A stretch of 51,620 nt of DNA from Candidatus Levyibacteriota bacterium (GTDB lineage Bacteria > Patescibacteriota > Microgenomatia > Levybacterales > GWA1-39-11). The stretch's first letter is position 1. The number at the start of each line of letters is the position of its first letter. The notes under the pieces were generated by a model. That model had not been told where the DNA came from. It made no database searches and worked only from the letters and a program-made list of their open reading frames with translations. The position numbers were made by a program, and so were the translations under genes. Where the stretch lies: the NCBI GenBank assembly GCA_039738415.1, contig JBCLLY010000001.1:1-51620 (forward strand). Reading direction: 5' to 3'. Below are positions 27,255 to 33,960 of this stretch, piece after piece.

Positions 27255-27443
27255 TTGAAGCAAGATCAGGAGGGCAAATTCACTGATCAACGACCACCTG
27301 GTGGACAATATTCAACCGAAGGACAATCTTGTGGGAAAAATGCTGGAGCTGCAGGAGATGCACAATGTGAACCAAGCCTTACCTGTGTATACCAAAGCGA
27401 GGAGGCAATACAAAATAAGATAGGTACCTGTCTTAAAAAGTAA
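27255..27443 (+). CDS. possible small Cys-rich peptide (4 Cys); coding status uncertain
   Basis: 62-codon ORF with a TTG start and no Shine-Dalgarno. An identical copy at 30670-30837 lacks any start codon. Confidence 0.25.
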   Translation: MKQDQEGKFTDQRPPGGQYSTEGQSCGKNAGAAGDAQCEPSLTCVYQSEEAIQNKIGTCLKK

Positions 27444-27603
27444 AAATTAATAAGATTTCTTCTCAAAGTGATCTTTCAGAATGTCGCGGGTTATGGGTCC
27501 GGCGATTGACAACTTGATCTTATTCGTGAATACTAATCAAGTGGATAATCAAAATTCTAATCAAACTCAGACGGTTGAAAACGCTTTGCCTCAGCCTCCG
27601 GTT
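27274..27603 (+). repeat. 330-nt duplication, copy 1 (copy 2 = 30668-30997)
   Basis: Aligned by eye over the full length; one mismatch seen (27580 a versus 30974 g). Confidence 0.95.
27506..27534 (+). promoter_or_regulatory. family promoter, leaderless layout
   Basis: TTGACA-N17-AATACT, then 6 nt to the GTG at 27541. Confidence 0.55.
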
Positions 27604-27888
27604 TCACCGATTGAACAGACGGCAGCTATTTCTCAGCCAAAGGCTGATGGGCCTCTGGCCCAAAACCCCAAACCAAAATTTCTAACTCTTCTTACCGGTG
27701 GAATCATAATCCTATTATTAGCTGTTTTTGCTGCCTTAGGATTTTACTTATTTAAAAAATCTTCAAACAATACCACACCAATCTCAACACCAGTTGTTCA
27801 AGAGACCGTCGTAAAGAAAAACCTCAATCCCAATACAGGTAATTTATATGAAGACATAAAGGTAAGATTAAAGGAAGAATTAAAATGA
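27541..27888 (+). CDS. short family member (N-terminal module plus TM only)
   Basis: I moved the start from 27481 to the GTG at 27541, because 27481-27540 is the promoter. Contains SQPKADGPLAQ and the TM segment LTLLTGGIIILLLAVFAALGFYLF. Confidence 0.6.
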   Translation: MDNQNSNQTQTVENALPQPPVSPIEQTAAISQPKADGPLAQNPKPKFLTLLTGGIIILLLAVFAALGFYLFKKSSNNTTPISTPVVQETVVKKNLNPNTGNLYEDIKVRLKEELK

Positions 27889-29171
27889 AGAAAATACCTA
27901 TATTCATATTTTTGTGCATCTTTATGATTTTGGGTTCACAGAAAACCGAAGCAAAAATACTCAGTAAAGAGCTTATAAAAAAAGCGGTAATTGAATATGG
28001 TACCAGGGAGGAATTTTGCATTATCCCAAACCCTCTACTGGCCAATGAATTCCTTAGCCAACCATTAGAGTTAAGTGATGGTTATGATACTCCAAATACC
28101 GGATCGGAAATCACTGAAAAGGATTGCAAGCCAAATAGTAATACTGAAATAATTTTTGGGTATGTCCGCTTAGATTTTCTGGATTCTTTCAATGCACCCC
28201 CTGCTTATGAGAAAATTTTCCTATTTGATGATAAGATTTTGCGCCCTGATTCTATTGGATATGAGTACTATAAAAATTTTGACCCCAATTCTCAATCTAA
28301 CAAAGATATATTTTTGGGGAAGGCAGTTGGGCAAAAATCAATCAGAGCAACCATTTTACACTGGACGGATCCTTCGTTCCCATATGGTCAAAAGACTCTT
28401 CACGATAACGGATTTGTCATAACATTTGATAAAAATGGGGAGAGAGAAAAACTTTTCTTTATCTATGATGGAAATGTCTATTTATCAACAAAAATATTAA
28501 AAGAAATTCGAGAAGATATAGTACTTGTGGATTATACACAAAATGAAACTTCCCCCACTCCCGACCCCGCGGTCACGGGCACGGGCACCACGACAGGCTC
28601 TACTTTCGGCGGCCAGCCCGATAGTAACCCTGGCAGTGGAAATGAATGGGTACAGATTCCTGGCAGCAATAATCAGTGGAAAGCGCAGCCCATCGGCACA
28701 GGCACTCAGCCGCCCCCTCTCACCGCCGATTGGAAAACATTTGTAAATAAAAAATATAATTATTCAATAAAATATCCTACTTCTAGGTTTAATAACTGTT
28801 GGACCGATAAATTTGTATTGCATACAGGCAATGAAAAAACATCAGAATGCTTTGCAGGAGAAGACAGGCCAATTTTTTCAATCGTAAATTCCCTCGATGG
28901 CACTGGTAAATTTAAAACCCCAGAATATCCCCAATGTTATATTGTCCAAGTAGAAAATATCACTCTTAATAACGTCGCTGGGAAAAAATACTCAAATAAA
29001 TCTATCAGCGATAAAGAAAGTTGCAATAAAAATACTGAAGCATACTACTCGTTGAATACTGTAAATATTGTCCTTTACAAAAACGGCTCACCATACAACA
29101 TAACTTATAGGGGAGATTTTGAACCTGAGCTTCTCAATACAATCCTCTCCACCTTTCAGTTTACTAACTGA
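27885..29171 (+). CDS. secreted protein with the family C-terminal motif (ILSTFQFTN)
   Basis: 428 aa. Signal peptide MKKIPIFIFLCIFMILGSQKTEA. The ATG overlaps the upstream stop (ATGA). Confidence 0.8.
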   Translation: MKKIPIFIFLCIFMILGSQKTEAKILSKELIKKAVIEYGTREEFCIIPNPLLANEFLSQPLELSDGYDTPNTGSEITEKDCKPNSNTEIIFGYVRLDFLDSFNAPPAYEKIFLFDDKILRPDSIGYEYYKNFDPNSQSNKDIFLGKAVGQKSIRATILHWTDPSFPYGQKTLHDNGFVITFDKNGEREKLFFIYDGNVYLSTKILKEIREDIVLVDYTQNETSPTPDPAVTGTGTTTGSTFGGQPDSNPGSGNEWVQIPGSNNQWKAQPIGTGTQPPPLTADWKTFVNKKYNYSIKYPTSRFNNCWTDKFVLHTGNEKTSECFAGEDRPIFSIVNSLDGTGKFKTPEYPQCYIVQVENITLNNVAGKKYSNKSISDKESCNKNTEAYYSLNTVNIVLYKNGSPYNITYRGDFEPELLNTILSTFQFTN

Positions 29172-29206
29172 CCCGCTTCTGGGGGGAAAATTTCACAAAA
29201 TAGTTA

Positions 29207-29235
29207 TTGACAAGTAATTGGTAATAAGGTATATT
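29207..29235 (+). promoter_or_regulatory. near-consensus promoter of vapBC
   Basis: TTGACA-N17-TATATT, 10 nt upstream of the ATG at 29246. Confidence 0.65.
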
Positions 29236-29245
29236 TGTTATTGAA

Positions 29246-29479
29246 ATGCAAACTACAACTACTATCACTCCAAAATTCCAAGTCCATATTCCTGTTTCAA
29301 TACGTAAGAAGGCGGGATTGACCCAACATGGAAAAGCCATCATTCGTGCCGAGAAATCAAAGATAATTATTGAGCTGGTTGACAAGAAAAAGGGTATACT
29401 TTCTCTTGCGGGTAAATATAAAGTTAAAAATCCAATTCCAGCAGAAAAAATCCGAGATTTTATTGACTACTCCGAATAA
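29246..29479 (+). CDS. vapB: AbrB/SpoVT-fold antitoxin (VapB-like)
   Basis: The N-terminal FQVHIPVSIRKKAGL looped-hinge-helix motif; 77 aa; abuts the PIN gene. Confidence 0.75.
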   Translation: MQTTTTITPKFQVHIPVSIRKKAGLTQHGKAIIRAEKSKIIIELVDKKKGILSLAGKYKVKNPIPAEKIRDFIDYSE

Positions 29480-29890
29480 ATGACAAAAGTCTTTATTGAT
29501 TCTAATATTTTCATCCGATACTTAACACAGGATGACCCCAAAAAAGCGTTAGATTGTATTCGTCTTTTTGAAATGATAGAGCAAGGCCAGCTAAGACCAT
29601 ACACATCAAACATTGTCATTTTGGAAATTCAATTTGTTCTGATAAAGCAGTATAAATTCCTAAAGGCTGGAGTAATTGAAGATATTAGAACATTGCTATC
29701 CCTTAGAAACCTCACTTTAATTGAAAAAACTGACACAAAAGCTGCACTCTTACTCTACAAGAAATATAATATCAAATTCGGCGATTGTCTCATTGCAACA
29801 CAAATTCCAAAAGGCGTAAAACTAGCTTCATATGATAAAGAGTTTCAAAAAATTGGAATTGCTACATCTACCCCGAAAGATTTTATCTAA
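29480..29890 (+). CDS. vapC: PIN-domain toxin (VapC-like)
   Basis: VFIDSNIFIRYL (first acidic residue), a later E, and the D of the PIN pattern; 136 aa. Confidence 0.8.
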   Translation: MTKVFIDSNIFIRYLTQDDPKKALDCIRLFEMIEQGQLRPYTSNIVILEIQFVLIKQYKFLKAGVIEDIRTLLSLRNLTLIEKTDTKAALLLYKKYNIKFGDCLIATQIPKGVKLASYDKEFQKIGIATSTPKDFI

Positions 29891-29905
29891 ACCCTTCCCC
29901 TGTTA

Positions 29906-29934
29906 TTGACATAGGTCTTCAATACTGAAATACT
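29906..29934 (+). promoter_or_regulatory. family promoter, leaderless layout
   Basis: TTGACA-N17-AATACT, then 6 nt to the ATG at 29941. Confidence 0.55.
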
Positions 29935-29940
29935 AAGAGT

Positions 29941-30564
29941 ATGGAAGAAAATAATAATCCCTCACCCCCTGTTTCTAACCTTGGAATTTCAAACTCAGAA
30001 GTTTCTAATCCCTCCATTGAAACAACCCCTGTTTCAGAGACACCAAAACCAAAAAGTAAATTCCCACTTTCTGCAACAATCGGAATAATTATTTTCCTCC
30101 TCCTCGCAGGAGGTGTTGCTGGATTTTACGCATTCAAACCTCAATTAATGAGTCTTATCTCAAAACCCACCCCAACACTAACCCCTTCACCTACGCCAAC
30201 CCTTTCAAGCGAAAATTCCGATACTTGCATTACAAATGGCGACGAACTTAACCCTGCAGAAAACGTGGTTAATGCCATTAATAATCATGATATGGAAGCA
30301 CTTATTAAAAGTTTTGGGGGTACAGATGAAACTGATACTAAAAGTACACTAACTGACGTCTACTCCTCAGCTTCAGCTAGCTTAATAAAATACAACAAGG
30401 GTGTACGCAAGGTATATGATATACGAATTGATCAAGCAACAATTAGCATAACTTTTCCTCCCAAGCCTGCTAGAATTATGTCATGGGAATTTGCTATATC
30501 CCAATCTTCCGGTTGCTGGCAGGTAGTATCAGTTGTTCCTATTGCTTCCGAATCTGTCCGTTAA
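29941..30564 (+). CDS. family member truncated by an in-frame TAA (probable pseudogene)
   Basis: 207 aa with the family TM and KPQLMSLISKPTP linker. The same frame continues after the stop to ...PPSTFRFE-stop at 30654. Confidence 0.6.
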   Translation: MEENNNPSPPVSNLGISNSEVSNPSIETTPVSETPKPKSKFPLSATIGIIIFLLLAGGVAGFYAFKPQLMSLISKPTPTLTPSPTPTLSSENSDTCITNGDELNPAENVVNAINNHDMEALIKSFGGTDETDTKSTLTDVYSSASASLIKYNKGVRKVYDIRIDQATISITFPPKPARIMSWEFAISQSSGCWQVVSVVPIASESVR

Positions 30565-30667
30565 GTCACTTTTCCCCGAAGCATGATGTGGGGATTTGTT
30601 TTGCTATTGGGCCGGCAATACTTGACCCCCCCCTCCACCTTCAGGTTCGAGTAAACTCTCACTGCAA

Positions 30668-30997
30668 GCAAATTCACTGATCAACGACCACCTGGTGGAC
30701 AATATTCAACCGAAGGACAATCTTGTGGGAAAAATGCTGGAGCTGCAGGAGATGCACAATGTGAACCAAGCCTTACCTGTGTATACCAAAGCGAGGAGGC
30801 AATACAAAATAAGATAGGTACCTGTCTTAAAAAGTAAAAATTAATAAGATTTCTTCTCAAAGTGATCTTTCAGAATGTCGCGGGTTATGGGTCCGGCGAT
30901 TGACAACTTGATCTTATTCGTGAATACTAATCAAGTGGATAATCAAAATTCTAATCAAACTCAGACGGTTGAAGACGCTTTGCCTCAGCCTCCGGTT
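30668..30997 (+). repeat. 330-nt duplication, copy 2
   Basis: See 27274-27603. Confidence 0.95.
30900..30928 (+). promoter_or_regulatory. family promoter (duplicate), leaderless layout
   Basis: TTGACA-N17-AATACT, then 6 nt to the GTG at 30935. Confidence 0.55.
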
Positions 30998-32293
30998 CCA
31001 CCGGTTGAGCAAACTCCACCCGTTTCTCAGCCAAAGGCTGATGGGCCTCTGGCCCAAAAACCAAAATTCCCAATTGCTATCATCGTTGGAATAATTTTAT
31101 TTTTACTCATCGCAGGATCAGCTGCTGGATTCTACGTTTTCAAACCTCAAATAATGAGTATAATTTCAAAACCCACTCCTACCCCAACCCTCACCCCTTC
31201 ACCCACCGAAGCTTCAGCGAAGGCGGGCGACCCAACTTCGGATTGGAGAACGTACCAAGGAGAGGGTTTCAGTTTTAAATATCCCTCCGAGTGGAATTTA
31301 AAAGACTCATCTCTCCAAAGCCCGGACCTTGAATTTAATCAGCCGACAAATAGCTTGGAACCTGCATTAAGCATAAAGACAGGCTCAATTATATTTTGGG
31401 ATATTTCTAAAAGTATCAGAACTGACGAAGAACTCATAAAAAGTATTCAAACAAGTCCGGGTATCGCAAATCCTAAAAAAGAAACAATTGGCGCAAATGA
31501 AGGGTACTTTCTAGACGATTATGAGTTTATTGATGGGCAAAGAGAAAGTTTTGAATTCATTTCAAATTCACAAAAGTATGGATTTTATAGGTCTTACAAA
31601 TCAGGACAGAGAGAACAGTATTTCAATACTTTCAAGCAAATCCTCTCCACATTCAAATTCACGGACCAATCAGCACTTAATGTCATGAGCAAATACAAGA
31701 AACGCTTCTATGACTCCACAGCAGGTTTTGGCCTTTATTCTTTATCATATAAATATCCAGAAGAAATGACTTCCATGAGAGATGTAGACCTTGAAGATCT
31801 TTCATGTTCTCCATTTCTCCAGACCGATGATAATGGAAAATTTTTCTTCATTAAAGATTCTAAGCAAATCAATTTAACATCAGACCCATTACTAAGTGTT
31901 TTTAAAGAGGCTAACGAATTGTTCCCGCCGTACGGAATAAGTACCTCAATTTACTGTACTACAAAATCTAACAATGCAATTCTTGCATATGGAGTTAATG
32001 CAGGAGGTGGGGGAACAAGAAATATGAGTCATGTAGCAATTAAAGAAAACAATTCTGCTATAAGAGGAATTGTAACAATCGCAAATGATAAAGAAATCCC
32101 CTACTACGAGTGTTCAAAGCCATTACAGCTCACGAAAACAGGAGACTTATATATAGAATGCTCTGGAGGAGATGGTGGTAATGGCGGGAACATAATTTTT
32201 AAAGTTAATCTAGCAAACAAAACAAAAACAGTAATAATGGAATGTATCGGCGAAGGAGGTAAAGTTATAGGTACTAATTGTAAGCTATTATGA
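30935..32293 (+). CDS. family member with an extra C-terminal domain after an internal ILSTFKFTD motif
   Basis: I moved the start from 30875 to the GTG at 30935. Contains a TM, the KPQIMSIISKPTPTPT linker, an ILSTFKFTD motif, then about 200 more aa with Gly-rich stretches. Confidence 0.75.
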   Translation: MDNQNSNQTQTVEDALPQPPVPPVEQTPPVSQPKADGPLAQKPKFPIAIIVGIILFLLIAGSAAGFYVFKPQIMSIISKPTPTPTLTPSPTEASAKAGDPTSDWRTYQGEGFSFKYPSEWNLKDSSLQSPDLEFNQPTNSLEPALSIKTGSIIFWDISKSIRTDEELIKSIQTSPGIANPKKETIGANEGYFLDDYEFIDGQRESFEFISNSQKYGFYRSYKSGQREQYFNTFKQILSTFKFTDQSALNVMSKYKKRFYDSTAGFGLYSLSYKYPEEMTSMRDVDLEDLSCSPFLQTDDNGKFFFIKDSKQINLTSDPLLSVFKEANELFPPYGISTSIYCTTKSNNAILAYGVNAGGGGTRNMSHVAIKENNSAIRGIVTIANDKEIPYYECSKPLQLTKTGDLYIECSGGDGGNGGNIIFKVNLANKTKTVIMECIGEGGKVIGTNCKLL

Positions 32294-32991
32294 ATGAACA
32301 ATATTTAAGTCCCGCTCCTCTGGTTTCACCGATTGAACAAACACCATCCGTTTCTCAGCCAAAGGCTGATGGGCCTCTGGCCCAAAAACCTAAATTTTCT
32401 TTAGCTTTAATTATTGGCATAGTTTTATTTTTACTAGTCGCAGGCGGTGTTGTAGGATTTTATGTTTTTAAACCTCAATTAATGAGTCTTATTTCAAAAC
32501 CCACCCCGACCCCCTCGCCCGCCGAAGTTTTAATGAAGGTGAGTACTCCCACACCCGACCCCACTGCAAATTGGGAAACATACACGAACAAGTACTATGG
32601 GATATCCCTGAAGTATCCTAAATCTTTTATTGTCAAAGACGAATTATTATCTTTATGGGGGACTTTAACCTTGCAAGAAAACATCACTGTAACAAACAAC
32701 GGTAAAAGTGGTAATCCATATAAAATTACTATTTATCTCAGAGACGCACGCGGTTATGACAAATACGTAAACTTTTTAGCCAGTCCTGAAGCTGCAGAAG
32801 AAAAAAGACCTATTACAATTAATGGGATCTCGGGATTTGAGTTAAAATCAAATGGACACAGAGTTATTCTTTTGCCATATCACGTCAACGATATCCCGGA
32901 TATGGGAGGACTCTTGATAGAAAGTCAGTATATGCCTCAAGAAGACGATCTTTTTAATCAAATTATCCAAACCTTCAAATTCACCAACTGA
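32290..32991 (+). CDS. family member (C-terminal IIQTFKFTN)
   Basis: 233 aa; SQPKADGPLAQKPKF, a TM, and KPQLMSLISKPTPTP. The start overlaps the upstream stop. Confidence 0.8.
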   Translation: MNEQYLSPAPLVSPIEQTPSVSQPKADGPLAQKPKFSLALIIGIVLFLLVAGGVVGFYVFKPQLMSLISKPTPTPSPAEVLMKVSTPTPDPTANWETYTNKYYGISLKYPKSFIVKDELLSLWGTLTLQENITVTNNGKSGNPYKITIYLRDARGYDKYVNFLASPEAAEEKRPITINGISGFELKSNGHRVILLPYHVNDIPDMGGLLIESQYMPQEDDLFNQIIQTFKFTN

Positions 32992-33100
32992 TCCGCCTTT
33001 GGTGGACAAATTCACAAACTAATTTTTCTCCACCCCAAAATACATTCTCATAATAACACGCAGGACAAAATATAATACCTCAACTCATTATGATAAATTC

Positions 33101-33136
33101 TGCAACCATTTCGTCCATATGGTGAAATTTGTTGCA
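33101..33136. promoter_or_regulatory. 36-nt imperfect palindrome, copy 1 (candidate operator)
   Basis: TGCAACCATTTCGTCCATATGGTGAAATTTGTTGCA, centred on CCATATGG. Confidence 0.5.
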
Positions 33137-33169
33137 ATCGCAACAAATTTCAATTACGATTTATTTGCC

Positions 33170-33820
33170 ATGAGGAAAAAAACGTCTGACATTATTTCTG
33201 ATGAACAAATCAAACATCTTGGAATTCTTCTCTTTCAAAAAATAAAGCTTGAAAAAGAGGATATACAAAACGCAAAAATAAAACATGTATTAACGCTTAT
33301 TGCAAAAGCGGGAACAGTTGCGGTGATGCTTACTGCTCCAAACACAGCATTGCTTGCAAGGGAGCTTTTTGAAGATAAGAAAGATTTTAGAATCTGGAAG
33401 CAATTTAACGAAAGATTGCTAAGACAGAATTTAAAAAGACTTGCCAAGCAAAAAATTATAGACATTTCCCAAAAAAACGGCAATCAGATAATAAAGATTT
33501 CAGAGAAAGGAAAAAGGAAAATCCTATCCTATGTAATTGATGAACTAATGCTTAAAAAACCTACTAGGTGGGATGGCAAGTGGCGACTAGTAACGTATGA
33601 TATTCCTGTAAAAAAAAGTCGTAAAGACAAGATAATAAGCAACACTCTTAAAAGACTTGGTTTTTTTAAAATTCAAAACAGTGTATATATTTCACCCTAC
33701 CCTTGTTTTGATGAAATCGAATTCATGAGAGAATATTATTTTTTGGGTATGAATATCAAATATTTTATTGTTACGAAAATAGAAGACCAAGAAGCATACA
33801 GGACTTACTTTGGAATTTAG
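33170..33820 (+). CDS. PaaX-like regulator (winged-helix N-terminus, Cas2-like-fold C-terminal domain)
   Basis: WDGKWRLVTYDIPVKKSRKDKIISNTLKRLGFFKIQNSVYISP is the PaaX-C / Cas2-fold pattern. The track start at 33119 lies inside the palindrome, so I prefer the ATG at 33170. Confidence 0.7.
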   Translation: MRKKTSDIISDEQIKHLGILLFQKIKLEKEDIQNAKIKHVLTLIAKAGTVAVMLTAPNTALLARELFEDKKDFRIWKQFNERLLRQNLKRLAKQKIIDISQKNGNQIIKISEKGKRKILSYVIDELMLKKPTRWDGKWRLVTYDIPVKKSRKDKIISNTLKRLGFFKIQNSVYISPYPCFDEIEFMREYYFLGMNIKYFIVTKIEDQEAYRTYFGI

Positions 33821-33832
33821 TCCTGGAATTCT

Positions 33833-33868
33833 TGCAACGATTTTATCCATATGGTGATATTGGTTGCA
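33833..33868. promoter_or_regulatory. 36-nt imperfect palindrome, copy 2
   Basis: TGCAACGATTTTATCCATATGGTGATATTGGTTGCA; about 31 of 36 positions identical to copy 1. Confidence 0.5.
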
Positions 33869-33960
33869 GTGTAAAATTATAAATATAATTCACAAGAATA
33901 TAGGGAATAAATAACCCACGACACTACAGTAAAGGATCTAAGTAAGGAATGAATCAGAAA

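Noticed and set aside
27481-27540. N-terminal extension MSRVMGPAIDNLILFVNTNQ on two paralogues (also 30875-30934).
   Set aside because: The stretch contains a consensus TTGACA-N17-AATACT promoter with the same spacing to a start codon as in the other family genes, so the extension is translated promoter DNA.
30483-30680. A 65-aa ORF spanning the end of 29941-30564.
   Set aside because: It is out of frame with the family gene and its relic C-terminus, and it crosses the duplication boundary. Spurious.
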